64,000 bases of DNA from Candidatus Obscuribacterales bacterium (GTDB taxonomy: Bacteria > Cyanobacteriota > Vampirovibrionia > Obscuribacterales > Obscuribacteraceae), in assembly GCA_965228855.1 (NCBI GenBank), contig CBDDIJ010000002.1, positions 2,112,001-2,176,000 of the forward strand. Reading direction: 5' to 3'. Below are positions 19,257 to 28,729 of this stretch, in pieces. Below the pieces are notes generated by a model that was given only the letters and a program-made list of their open reading frames with translations, had not been told where the DNA came from and made no database searches. Position 1 is the first letter of the stretch, and each line of letters starts with the position of its first letter. The position numbers and the translations under genes were made by a program.

Positions 19257-20687
19257 ATGACTGCATCGAAAAGACCTTTAAGAGCCGTGATCTTGGCTGC
19301 CGGACAGGGCAAGCGCATGAAATCGCGCAAGCCGAAGGTTTTGCATGACGTTCTAGGACTCTCGATTCTTTCTCGAGTCATCAAGGCCGTAATGGCTCTT
19401 GGCGTGGAGCATGTTCACATCGTAGTCGGGCACGAGTCAGAACAGATTAAGGACTACCTGGAAAAACATCACAGCACTGCCATTACCGAAGATTTTAAAG
19501 CGATTTCACCTATCACAACTCATCTGCAGGAGCCGCAGTTGGGTACCGGGCATGCTCTCATGCAAGTGGCGCCGTATCTGAAAGATTTCAACGGCGACCT
19601 GCTGGTTACTGTGGGAGATGCTCCGCTGTTGACCGGTGAGACGCTGGCGCCTCTTCTGGATACGCATATTAAGGATAATGCTACGGTCACCATATTAAGT
19701 ACCATTGTTCCTGATTCCAAAAACTACGGTCGCGTACTTCGTGATGAGCACTGTAAAGTCAGGGGGATTGTCGAAGACAAAGATGCAACTGAAGAAGAGA
19801 AAAAGGTCAAAGAAATAAACTCTGCGATCTACTGTTTCAAATGGCCAGATATCGAAGAAGGTCTGAAAGGTCTGAAGAACGATAACAAACAAGGTGAGTA
19901 TTATCTTCCGGATCTGGCGGCCTGGGCTGTCTCCAAAGGACTAGTCCTGTCCGCATCCGTTGCGGAGGACTATCGAGAAGTTGCCGGTATCAACTCACGA
20001 ATTGAGCTTGCCGAAGCAGTCAAAGATCTGCGTGATCTGACCGCTGAGAAGCTTGCGCTTGAAAGTGGTGTGACCATTGTTGATCCAGCATCCACGTGGA
20101 TATCCCCTGAAGTCTCGGTGGGTCAAGACTCAACGATTCTTCCGGGCACGCACTTGATGGGGAACATCAAGATTGGCTCAAATTGTGTGATTGGACCAAA
20201 CACTGTTATGAAGGGTAATGTCGTTATCGGAGATAGAACCTCCGTGGTACTGTCTATGGTGCAGGACTCGAACATTGGCGAGGACTGCAAAGTCGGACCA
20301 TTCTGTCACGTCCGAGAGGGCAATACCGTAGGCAACAAAGTGAAGCTCGGAAATTTCGTGGAGATCAAGAAGAGTAACATCGGAAACAAAACCAATGTCG
20401 GTCATCTGAGTTACATCGGTGATACCACTCTTGGTAGCAATGCCAATATCGGGGCAGGAACCATCACCGCAAACTACGATCACTTGACGAAGAAGAAACA
20501 TAAAACTGCTATTGGTGACGGCGCCTCCACCGGCAGTAATTCCGTATTGGTCGCGCCAGTTTCAATCGGCGATAAGGCCGTAGTCGGAGCTGGAAGCGTG
20601 GTCACCAAGGACGTTCCCTCTAGTTCGTTAGCGGTAGCCCGTTCGCAACAGAAGAACATTGATGGCTGGGCAGATCGCGAACGGTAA
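19257..20687 (+). CDS. glmU: Bifunctional UDP-GlcNAc pyrophosphorylase/glucosamine-1-P acetyltransferase GlmU
   Basis: ILAAGQGKRMKS, QLGTGHA, GNFVEIKKS, HLSYIGD, GAGTITANYD, hexapeptide repeats. Confidence 0.97.
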   Translation: MTASKRPLRAVILAAGQGKRMKSRKPKVLHDVLGLSILSRVIKAVMALGVEHVHIVVGHESEQIKDYLEKHHSTAITEDFKAISPITTHLQEPQLGTGHALMQVAPYLKDFNGDLLVTVGDAPLLTGETLAPLLDTHIKDNATVTILSTIVPDSKNYGRVLRDEHCKVRGIVEDKDATEEEKKVKEINSAIYCFKWPDIEEGLKGLKNDNKQGEYYLPDLAAWAVSKGLVLSASVAEDYREVAGINSRIELAEAVKDLRDLTAEKLALESGVTIVDPASTWISPEVSVGQDSTILPGTHLMGNIKIGSNCVIGPNTVMKGNVVIGDRTSVVLSMVQDSNIGEDCKVGPFCHVREGNTVGNKVKLGNFVEIKKSNIGNKTNVGHLSYIGDTTLGSNANIGAGTITANYDHLTKKKHKTAIGDGASTGSNSVLVAPVSIGDKAVVGAGSVVTKDVPSSSLAVARSQQKNIDGWADRER

Positions 20688-20856
20688 TAGATAAACGTTA
20701 GTAAGTTTGCAATAAACGGCAGGCGATGAACGATTTTTGAAGCCGTGGAAAATCCTGGTGAAAACCCTGGGTTTCGTTCAGTGAGCCGTGGCTAGTCGAC
20801 GTCAAGGACCGCCATTACGATGTAATTAGCCTGTTCCTAACCGCGAGGGAGTTGCC

Positions 20857-21414
20857 GTGAACCCTTCTAAATTCGCTTGCCTAATTTTGGCAATGTTCGT
20901 AACTGTGTTGAGCGCGTATCCTTCGTATGCGCAGGACGCTAGAAACGGAGCCGCTGCTGTTGGCTCCGCTTTTGTATCCAAACCTCAAGCCGGCTCCGCC
21001 ATAGTGAAAGGCGGCGGTATGGTCGCGCCGATTGCGCCGGAGGCTGGAAATACCACCGCTGCTGCTCCTGTTTTGCAAGGCGCCAGTTGCGGGACCATTG
21101 GTCCGGTTGGCACTGATGCAGTTGCGTCACCCGCCATAATCACGCCCCTAAGCGCTGTTTCCCAGCCCCATCAGTTACCGCCGATTCCGACACTTTTGTT
21201 CTTCACTCTCACTCTGACAGCTGCAGCCTGGGGGCTTCAGGATATAGCGAAAAAACGTCGAATCTCGATCATTAACGCAGGTGTTTTGGTCGGAGCCATA
21301 GTACTCGCGCTCGGCTTCACCTGGAACCTGTTTAACCAGGAGGAGGAGCATTACAGTCACTTTTCTCTAGGCATTAGAGCGATGCAGAGTTTCGCTTACG
21401 CCATTCATGAATAG
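20857..21414 (+). CDS. Hypothetical secreted/membrane protein
   Basis: Signal peptide, Ala/Pro-rich linker, two C-terminal TM helices; GAGGGAG RBS. Confidence 0.6.
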   Translation: MNPSKFACLILAMFVTVLSAYPSYAQDARNGAAAVGSAFVSKPQAGSAIVKGGGMVAPIAPEAGNTTAAAPVLQGASCGTIGPVGTDAVASPAIITPLSAVSQPHQLPPIPTLLFFTLTLTAAAWGLQDIAKKRRISIINAGVLVGAIVLALGFTWNLFNQEEEHYSHFSLGIRAMQSFAYAIHE

Positions 21415-22471
21415 CGTCGAAGCCAAGCCGTATCCGTGGATACTACATCCGCTGCTCGATTTGGTCCTTGGATGTGGTGGCATTGTCTGGTTGCTTTTCG
21501 GAATCCACCTTTTCCTGCTGCCCGGTAACAGCGCTGATCTGGCACAGCTAGCCGCCATCTCCGCTACCGGAGTGATTATATTTGCAGAGGCACATACCGC
21601 TGCAACGTTCGCTGTCGTCTACCGAAACGAAGAAGTGTGCAGTCGCTATCGGTTCTACACCGGATGGTTGGCGCAGATCTGCTTTGCCTTAGCGGTTGCA
21701 GGGATAATTCTTCCGTCGTTGACTCCCATTCTTGTAAAAATCTACTTGCTGATGGTGCCGCATCATTTCCTCGCGCAAGCCTTTGGAGTAGCAATGCTTT
21801 ATTGCATGAAGCGAGGCTACAAAGTTGGTCGCTGGGAGCGAACAGCGCTCTTATATTTTGTTCGCAGCGTGACCGTTTACGCGACTATTCGCCAGCTCAC
21901 GTATCGTGAGTGGAGCGGCGACAGTTTTCTCGGAGTCGAGATACCTTTCTGGAAAGTGATACCAGATTTTGTAACAACCGCGTCCGAGCACTTTATGTTT
22001 TTCTCCGCGATAATCCTCTGCGGGCTTGTCGTCGTTCGGTCCTTCCGAACGGGCGAGATTATGCCTTTCCCGGCTCAACTCGTACTGATCACTTGCGTGT
22101 CGGCATTTGTGATGGGACCGCAAGCAACCGGAATCTTTTGGCTGTATGTCAGCGCATTCTTTCATGGAGCTCAATATCTGATGATTGTAATTGCGCAGCG
22201 CATCAAGGATGCCGGTATGCCTGAAGGAATGTCGACTCATCACATCGCGCGTCGATTACTCTCGCTTGCGGCGTTGCGATTTGTTTCTCTCATCGCGCTA
22301 ATCACGTTTATCCTATACAACGCTGTGCCGTTTGCTTTGCAGCATGTAGGCGTTGCATCGGTTGGAGCTGCTGCAGCCATTTTCACCACGGTCAACTTCT
22401 TTCACATCATCACCGATGGTGCCCTGTGGAAGTTACGCGACCCAAAACTACGCGAGCAGTTGGTGGCATAA
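21407..22471 (+). CDS. Polytopic membrane protein with several His-containing motifs
   Basis: About 9 hydrophobic segments; AHTAAT, PHHFLAQ, FHGAQY and FHIITDG motifs. Confidence 0.75.
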   Translation: MNSVEAKPYPWILHPLLDLVLGCGGIVWLLFGIHLFLLPGNSADLAQLAAISATGVIIFAEAHTAATFAVVYRNEEVCSRYRFYTGWLAQICFALAVAGIILPSLTPILVKIYLLMVPHHFLAQAFGVAMLYCMKRGYKVGRWERTALLYFVRSVTVYATIRQLTYREWSGDSFLGVEIPFWKVIPDFVTTASEHFMFFSAIILCGLVVVRSFRTGEIMPFPAQLVLITCVSAFVMGPQATGIFWLYVSAFFHGAQYLMIVIAQRIKDAGMPEGMSTHHIARRLLSLAALRFVSLIALITFILYNAVPFALQHVGVASVGAAAAIFTTVNFFHIITDGALWKLRDPKLREQLVA

Positions 22472-22512
22472 AGTTGCCTTGCCTGCAAACAAAGTGGTGT
22501 TATGATGACACC

Positions 22513-22803
22513 ATGATTGAAACCACTCCGATGTTTTACACATATATTGTTCGGTGCAAAGACGGTACTTATTACACCGGTTGGACCAACGATCTGGAAC
22601 AACGGATCGCCGCTCATAATCAAGGAAAAGGTGCCAAGTACACGCGCAAGCGTGGACCCGTCGAATTACTTGCGACCTGGATATCACCTTCTAAAAGTGA
22701 AGCGATGAAACTTGAGTATTCAATAAAACAGATGAGTCGCCACGAAAAACAAATTCTGATAATGGAATACGCCACAGGATCCAGAAAGGCTGGAAACGGC
22801 TGA
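22513..22803 (+). CDS. GIY-YIG nuclease family protein (UPF0213/YazA-like)
   Basis: YTYIVRC..GTYYTGWTNDL..R...HNQGKGAKYTR; AMKLEYSIK. Confidence 0.9.
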   Translation: MIETTPMFYTYIVRCKDGTYYTGWTNDLEQRIAAHNQGKGAKYTRKRGPVELLATWISPSKSEAMKLEYSIKQMSRHEKQILIMEYATGSRKAGNG

Positions 22804-22853
22804 CGCGACTGTGCAGTCCAGGTCTGAAGAAACGTGGTACGAGGTTCAATTCA

Positions 22854-23159
22854 TTAACGTTCCAAATCCGGCAGCGTATCAGCATTAGGATCGAGGTGCG
22901 AAAGATAGTCGAGTCGACGTCTTTCGGCTTCTGCAAAAGAATTCGATTCGATAGTTATGAATTTCACCAGATTCAGCGGGACCAGATTTTTTGAAAACTC
23001 GCTGTTAAAAGGCTTGTCGCCTTCGCCATACGATTCGATTTCTACATAATCATGACCGATGCGGAGCACGCGGCCAGTCAGCGTCGTGCCATCGGAAAAA
23101 TGCAGCCGCGCCCAGGAGCGTGAATCGCAAAGCTTCTCTAATCGGAGTTTAAGGTTCAT
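22854..23159 (-). CDS. Small protein with possible Sm/LSm (Hfq-like) fold
   Basis: Helix followed by ARLHFSDGTTLTGRVLRIGHDYVEI and LVPLNLVKFI; GAGAGG RBS. Confidence 0.55.
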   Translation of the reverse strand: MNLKLRLEKLCDSRSWARLHFSDGTTLTGRVLRIGHDYVEIESYGEGDKPFNSEFSKNLVPLNLVKFITIESNSFAEAERRRLDYLSHLDPNADTLPDLER

Positions 23160-23570
23160 GACTGACCTCTCTGAGCCCCTTTCCTTATAAGCTCATAGTA
23201 CCACCGTGTGTATATGTTTGGGGGCCAAACGGAATGGAGTCGTCATAGTCTGCTTCTCCGGCTGTCGGATAATTTGGTTTTTCTATAGATTTGCAGTGTC
23301 TTAAAAGCGTCTCCGGATCTCGATATTCGAGGTCTACCGTCACGATATACGATGCAAACATCTCCTAAACTTTAGGAAGTCCAAAACCTGCAACTGTGGA
23401 AGGGAAGAAGGAAAGCAACAGTTTTTCGTTAGATATCAAGACTTGTTGTTTTCGAACCAGAGACTAAACTGTTTGAGTGGGTCGAGCGCCTGAACCGCAG
23501 ACACAGAGCCACTTTATATACATGTGCTAGTCCATCAATATAACGGTTCGCGAAACACCCAGTTTGCTAT

Positions 23571-23795
23571 ATGAAAGTCAACACTACTCTGTTACTAGAA
23601 AATGAGGACCGGATGCAGGACGATACATTGCCAGTCGCTTTGCAAAAACGAATTGACGAACTCAAGGAATTAGAATCGACTTATTGGGAAGACGAACTCT
23701 ATTCTTATGAAGCTCTAACAAACCCGACATATAGAACAGAACTAGAGCGCTGCTTCAACCTCGATCCGTTGGGTCCATTACCTCCGCGGCAATAA
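23571..23795 (+). CDS. Small acidic hypothetical protein
   Basis: 74-aa ORF with protein-like composition; 3' end overlaps the coaX 3' end. Confidence 0.4.
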   Translation: MKVNTTLLLENEDRMQDDTLPVALQKRIDELKELESTYWEDELYSYEALTNPTYRTELERCFNLDPLGPLPPRQ

Positions 23796-24534
23796 GATTG
23801 ATCCCTTTCAGGGTCAAGTTAGAATCAAAGTAATCGACAGTTCCAGCCAGCGCATCAGAGAGGAAATTAGATAAACCTCCTGTCGCAACGACGACTGTGC
23901 TTCCTTTGATTTCGCTCTTCGCATCTTTGATCCAGCGTTGTACGAAACCGACGTGAGCCAAAATCGTGCCGTTCAGTATTGCCTCAGTGGTTGTGGTGGC
24001 AAGCGGATTGAACTGGTTTTGAAAAACGTTCTCGACTTCGAGCAGTGGAAGCTGTTCCGTATTCGAATACAATGCGTTCAGGGTTTCTTTCAAACCCAAT
24101 GTAATCATTCCACCTAAAAAACTTCCCGAACTGCTCACCGCAGTGAGAGTCGTTGCCGTGCCGAAATCCATGATGATACCGGCGTCGGCAACGTCTTTCA
24201 CGTAGAGTTTTTTCATAGCTGCACAATTGGCAAGTCTATCCAGACCGAGCGTCGGATAGAAATCATTGATGGCACGCTGTTCTTGAAGGGTAATTTCAGT
24301 CGTTGGAATTTCTGCTTGCTTTAGACGTGTGACCAGATCTTCGCGGGCGGACGGAACTACTGTGCTGATTGCGACCGTTGTAATGCCGTGTTCGCGATGT
24401 TTGCCGCCGATCGATAGGGCTGCGTCGGATGTTTCCTTGACACCGTGGTACCACTTGGTTATCACCTCGCCATCTTCGAAGAGCGCACAAGCAATTGTTG
24501 AATTGCCTATATCGACTGCGATTCGTTTAACCAT
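23755..24534 (-). CDS. coaX: Type III pantothenate kinase
   Basis: AVDIGNS, LGLDRL, DFGTATT, FLGGMI, VATGG, LTLKG. Confidence 0.93.
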   Translation of the reverse strand: MVKRIAVDIGNSTIACALFEDGEVITKWYHGVKETSDAALSIGGKHREHGITTVAISTVVPSAREDLVTRLKQAEIPTTEITLQEQRAINDFYPTLGLDRLANCAAMKKLYVKDVADAGIIMDFGTATTLTAVSSSGSFLGGMITLGLKETLNALYSNTEQLPLLEVENVFQNQFNPLATTTTEAILNGTILAHVGFVQRWIKDAKSEIKGSTVVVATGGLSNFLSDALAGTVDYFDSNLTLKGINLIAAEVMDPTDRG

Positions 24535-24633
24535 GGTTGCATGTTCCTTTCTGAACGCTTATCGGTAATTCAAATGATTGGATTGAAACTGATTGAATTG
24601 AATCAGATTGAACTGAAACAGTATGCGCCATAA

Positions 24634-26604
24634 CTAGTTCGCCGCGGACGGATTGAAATAGCGCTTCAACCCACCCACCAGTGATTGCGCAATTTTGTCT
24701 TGAACTTCCGGTTTTATCAACTGACCGTATTCATCCGGGTGAATCATGAAACCAATTTCGACCAGTACTGATAGCTGATTTGATGGGCGCGTGAGCGCTA
24801 GATTCTGATAGCGTGAACCGATGTCAGGAAAACCGATATCGTGAACAAGCGCGTCTTTTAAAACTCTCGAAAGTTCCTGCGCTTGCGGGTGGTAGAAGTA
24901 AGCGGACGAGCCATGTTCTTTCCAGGGATCCCGTCCTTCAGGAAGGGAGTTATTGTGCACGGAAAGGAGAACATCCGCATTGTTGTTCCTTGCAATGTTG
25001 CAACGGTCGTAAAGATCGAGATCGACGTCGGCGGTTCTCGTCATGATCACGCGCGCCCCTTCTGCTTCCAAAACCTTTTTCAGTTTTAGACTTATGGCGA
25101 GGTTGAGCTGCGCCTCAGTCACTCCGGAGCAACCAATGGAACCGGGAGCGGGGCTTCCGTGACCGGGGTCGACGCAAATTGTCAATCCTGATAAAGCTCC
25201 GTTTCCTTTGCCTACATTCGGTGGATTCTTGAGATGAATAACAAGATTCGTGCCCTGATACGAGCCTGCAAAGCCCCACTGCTTGTTGCCCCGCACATTG
25301 ATTGTCACCTCGTAAACATCGTCGGCGGCTTGTCTCCAGCTCACACCGTCGACCATTCCTGGCTCGTTTGCGTTGCGTGAAACGGATCCGGACTGCGGCG
25401 TTTCATCACCATCTTCGAATGCCGGTTTGTATTGCTGCGATGCATAGTCGGTATCGGATGTGGCGCCATAGACTTTGACAACGAGACGATTTGGATTCAA
25501 CTTTTGTTCGATGTGAAAAGGGAGGCGTTGGTTGAGAGGGATTACCACTGCATCTCCGTATGTGCTACGCGAAATGTTCAGGGTGCTAACAAAACTTTTG
25601 GGAGGCGGACCGGAGGTTCCCTGAGCGTTTTTTTCAAATGCGACGTCCGTTTGTTTAAGATAAACATGCTGATTAGGTCCGTATAAACAGCGAATGTTAT
25701 CTCCTTGCCAGCCGTCGACAAGCAGGCGGACACCTTTGGGAAGCGGCGTCAGTCTTGCTTTATCGGGATTTACTCGAACGATGACGTCCTCTTTCGTCGT
25801 CTGGACGATATGAGGTTGGGTGAGAACTGTCACCGCCCCTGGTGCCACCGCGGAAATCGATTTACCATCTTTCTTCAGAGTGAAACGAACTTTTGATGAA
25901 TTAAACTGATCGCCTGGCTGTATCTTATAGAATCCAACATAGAGGTCGTCGGCTCCCGCCGGCAGTGACTGAAATACTTTGCCGTAGGCTATCGCGAGTC
26001 CATCGTTGACATTCGGCGTGGCGGTCGGCGCACTCTGTTTCGAACTTCCTGATTTGGGTTTCGTTCCGGCTTTCTTTTGTCGCGCCTGTCTAACTTCGGG
26101 AGCGGAGCTGAGGGTGATGTCCTTATTGTCGATTTTTACAGACATCGAGGCCCCTGGCGTCCCGCGAACTTTCAAGATCAGCAGATCTCCCACCGATACG
26201 CCGGTGTCGGTTTTCGGTTCGATAGAATCTTCCGCTATTGCCATTGTGGATGGGCTTAGTGTCGCCGGCGGTATCGGACGAGTTATATGAATTACCTTTT
26301 CTGGTAACGAGTTATCTACGGCTGAAACCGAAATTGTATTCGAGCCGGGTTTAAGTGGAACTACGTGAGCATAAAAGCCTTGAGCGTTCTTGCGCACAGG
26401 TGCCCCGTTTATCAGTATCGGTTTATCCGGAGCGGCAGCACCGACAACGAAGGTTGACTTACCAGGAACCTTGCCACCATCCTTGGGGTGTGCGATAAAG
26501 ATCGAATTCTTCTCCGGCGATTCAATTAGCTGAGCTGAACATGGAGTTGTGCAAATTGTCTGAGCAACCAGGGTCGCGGCAATACAAGCGGTTTTGAGCC
26601 TCAT
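24634..26604 (-). CDS. N-acetylmuramoyl-L-alanine amidase (Amidase_3)
   Basis: VDPGHG, EAQLNL, LSVHNN, VLVEIGFM; signal peptide. Confidence 0.9.
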   Translation of the reverse strand: MRLKTACIAATLVAQTICTTPCSAQLIESPEKNSIFIAHPKDGGKVPGKSTFVVGAAAPDKPILINGAPVRKNAQGFYAHVVPLKPGSNTISVSAVDNSLPEKVIHITRPIPPATLSPSTMAIAEDSIEPKTDTGVSVGDLLILKVRGTPGASMSVKIDNKDITLSSAPEVRQARQKKAGTKPKSGSSKQSAPTATPNVNDGLAIAYGKVFQSLPAGADDLYVGFYKIQPGDQFNSSKVRFTLKKDGKSISAVAPGAVTVLTQPHIVQTTKEDVIVRVNPDKARLTPLPKGVRLLVDGWQGDNIRCLYGPNQHVYLKQTDVAFEKNAQGTSGPPPKSFVSTLNISRSTYGDAVVIPLNQRLPFHIEQKLNPNRLVVKVYGATSDTDYASQQYKPAFEDGDETPQSGSVSRNANEPGMVDGVSWRQAADDVYEVTINVRGNKQWGFAGSYQGTNLVIHLKNPPNVGKGNGALSGLTICVDPGHGSPAPGSIGCSGVTEAQLNLAISLKLKKVLEAEGARVIMTRTADVDLDLYDRCNIARNNNADVLLSVHNNSLPEGRDPWKEHGSSAYFYHPQAQELSRVLKDALVHDIGFPDIGSRYQNLALTRPSNQLSVLVEIGFMIHPDEYGQLIKPEVQDKIAQSLVGGLKRYFNPSAAN

Positions 26605-27440
26605 TCCGTCTCCTTCGGTGAGAGGGCTGTGTCATTGAGCGTTGGGTCGATTCTTGAAAAATAGGTTTTAGTTATCATCAGATTCGTGAGATCCGGAACG
26701 TTCTTGCCGCTCATTCTCATTACAGCGAAGGTATGAGGGTCATACTTGGACCGGTTGAGTATCCGCTCGTATCGCTTGAGTAGCGGAGATAGCAAGTACT
26801 CCAATCTTTCTTCGTCGTAGTAAACGTTGTGTTCGTTATTTACAAATTTGTATGCAGCTAACTTCGCGTCCGCCTCAAGTGTTTCCGGCGTTATCGCGTG
26901 CGCCGTCAACGGCGGATAGCCGACTGAACCTCGGGAGATCAGGAACACCGTACTGACTGGCAAGCGTTTGTCATCCATCTGATTTATTGCCTGGTCATAA
27001 ACGCGTGAAACCGAAAGGGTTTCGCCGCCGATGATGTATGGTGTTTGGCTCCAGAACTGGGAAATCTGATCCGTTGATGTTATTGGATAGTGGTCGCAAA
27101 TCAGTTTTAGAGTGAGAAGATTTTGGGCGTTGATCCAGAAGGATGCGCGTTCCTTCTCGCTGTTCAGTTTGTCAGGTGCGATCGCCTCAATCGCTTCGAC
27201 AGCCTTCTTGAGGTCTGGGTCGTCTTTCAATTTCGCGTAGTCGACCCGTCCGTTCTTCACGTATTTTTTCAGTAACCCGTCATATGTTGAAAAACGATAG
27301 GAGGCAGGATGCTCCACATGCAGCATTAATGCGCGAGCATTTTCAGGAAGATGACGCACTGCGTACATGACCAGCAATAGCGCTCCGAGCGCGATGGCTG
27401 CAATCGGTAGAATTTTTGCGCCTTCGAGGTTGGGAAGCAT
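26601..27440 (-). CDS. DUF547-like protein
   Basis: LLKKYVKNGRVDYAKL and SFWINAQN patterns; overlaps the amidase start by 4 nt. Confidence 0.7.
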   Translation of the reverse strand: MLPNLEGAKILPIAAIALGALLLVMYAVRHLPENARALMLHVEHPASYRFSTYDGLLKKYVKNGRVDYAKLKDDPDLKKAVEAIEAIAPDKLNSEKERASFWINAQNLLTLKLICDHYPITSTDQISQFWSQTPYIIGGETLSVSRVYDQAINQMDDKRLPVSTVFLISRGSVGYPPLTAHAITPETLEADAKLAAYKFVNNEHNVYYDEERLEYLLSPLLKRYERILNRSKYDPHTFAVMRMSGKNVPDLTNLMITKTYFSRIDPTLNDTALSPKETE

Positions 27441-27819
27441 TCTGTATTGCTCGTGTTGCGAGTGGTGCTGCTAGCTGTTTGGTGTCAAAAAAGTCTATTA
27501 AAGGTTCATTTAATTGTATACCGTTGGGACACTTGCGGCTCGTCGATTGTTTCAGGTGTTCAGGCAAGATTAAGTGCTTCCGCTCTGCGAGGCACCTTCG
27601 TTATAGAGGTAGAGTCCTTGTCCCACCGCTTTCATCGAGCGGGCATTGTGGGCGGTTCTTAGTGCTAAGAATATAGAGAAATCGAGATGAGGACTGGGCT
27701 TGATGACCGCTATGGTTTCGCGCCGGCAGAGCTATTCTGAGACATACCGGGCGGCGAGCTCGAAATAAGATTTGCTTGAAACACAGAGTGAATCGAGTCC
27801 CGCAGGAGGAGATTCTAAA

Positions 27820-28137
27820 ATGAGATATATGCCACTACTACTTTCAGCAGCCATGCTCCTGGGTCTCAGTGGTCCCGCGTTAGCAGATTGGGATTACGAC
27901 GACTATAAGGATATGGTTCACGACCGCAACGAAGCCTATCGGAAAGCGGTTAAGCGACAAAACAAGTATTACCGCGAAGCGTATAAACACGGCTATGGGG
28001 TAAGAACTTTGCCAGGTTATTACGGTAGCTATTACAGCCAGCCGTATTACGGAAATCACTACTACAACAACGGCTACGGCTATGGTTACAACCGTGGCGG
28101 TGGGCTTGTAGGCGGAATTCTTAGGGCGATTTTCTAG
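27820..28137 (+). CDS. Small secreted Tyr/Gly-rich protein
   Basis: AGGAGGA RBS; signal peptide ending PALA; Tyr/Gly-rich mature region. Confidence 0.7.
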   Translation: MRYMPLLLSAAMLLGLSGPALADWDYDDYKDMVHDRNEAYRKAVKRQNKYYREAYKHGYGVRTLPGYYGSYYSQPYYGNHYYNNGYGYGYNRGGGLVGGILRAIF

Positions 28138-28202
28138 AAATCGCTCGACGGTGAAATTGCCGGCGCAGACCGTGTATACAAGCGGTTGTGCCGGTCTTAG
28201 TA

Positions 28203-28394
28203 ATGGAGTTGGAAGAGAGGTTAATTATGGTAATTGCGCTTGGACCGAGTATCTTATTGAGTGTTTTTCTCAGCGTGGTGCTCACACTTGTTTTAAATGC
28301 CATCCTTGGGGTTATGCTGATGCCCTCTTTGGCGGTTGGCGTGCTTGTATTCCTCGGTGCATTGGCGCTGATCAGGATGTTTACGCCTCAGTGA
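28203..28394 (+). CDS. Small two-TM membrane protein
   Basis: Strongly hydrophobic 63-aa ORF. Confidence 0.5.
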   Translation: MELEERLIMVIALGPSILLSVFLSVVLTLVLNAILGVMLMPSLAVGVLVFLGALALIRMFTPQ

Positions 28395-28501
28395 GCCCGC
28401 TGTTCGAGGCTGGCTCGGTGAGCACAGCACCACAGGCAGTGGCAGCAGTCCAATCTATTCGATTCGATAAGGTTGATTTCGAAGTAGAGTTTTCAAAAGT
28501 C

Positions 28502-28533
28502 AAAAGGGTTTCGGTCAAACCGAAACCCTTTTT
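28502..28533. terminator. Bidirectional Rho-independent terminator downstream of tRNA-Ala
   Basis: AAAAGGGTTTCGGT-CAA-ACCGAAACCCTTTT perfect inverted repeat. Confidence 0.85.
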
Positions 28534-28538
28534 GGTAG

Positions 28539-28611
28539 TGGAGCGTAAGGGAGTCGAACCCTTGACCTCTTCAATGCCATTGAAGCGCGCTACCAACTGC
28601 GCTAACGCCCC
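28539..28611 (-). tRNA. tRNA-Ala(GGC)
   Basis: Reverse complement GGGGCGTTAGCGCAGTTGGTAGCGCGCTTCAATGGCATTGAAGAGGTCAAGGGTTCGACTCCCTTACGCTCCA forms a cloverleaf with G3:U70 and anticodon GGC; CCA is not encoded directly after the discriminator. Confidence 0.97.
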
Positions 28612-28729
28612 GTGTGATAGTACTTATACCAGGAATATATCTTCCGGGCAAACCTTTGCCGACAAATCTTAAGCAAACGCAGTAAGGAGCTTGCGATGAC
28701 CCTGTGAGGACCATGGAAACGTCGCCCAC

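Noticed and set aside
22513..22803. Homing endonuclease or mobile element
   Set aside because: A stand-alone small UPF0213-type GIY-YIG protein with no intron, intein or terminal repeats.
24575..24617. Short GATTG/AATTG micro-repeat between the amidase gene and coaX
   Set aside because: About 40 bp of irregular low-complexity sequence; no supportable function.
27820..28137. RiPP precursor for the nearby radical SAM enzyme
   Set aside because: It has a Sec-type signal peptide, lies on the opposite strand and is separated by a tRNA and terminator.
28539..28611. Genomic island integrated at tRNA-Ala
   Set aside because: No integrase and no duplicated tRNA 3' end was noticed.
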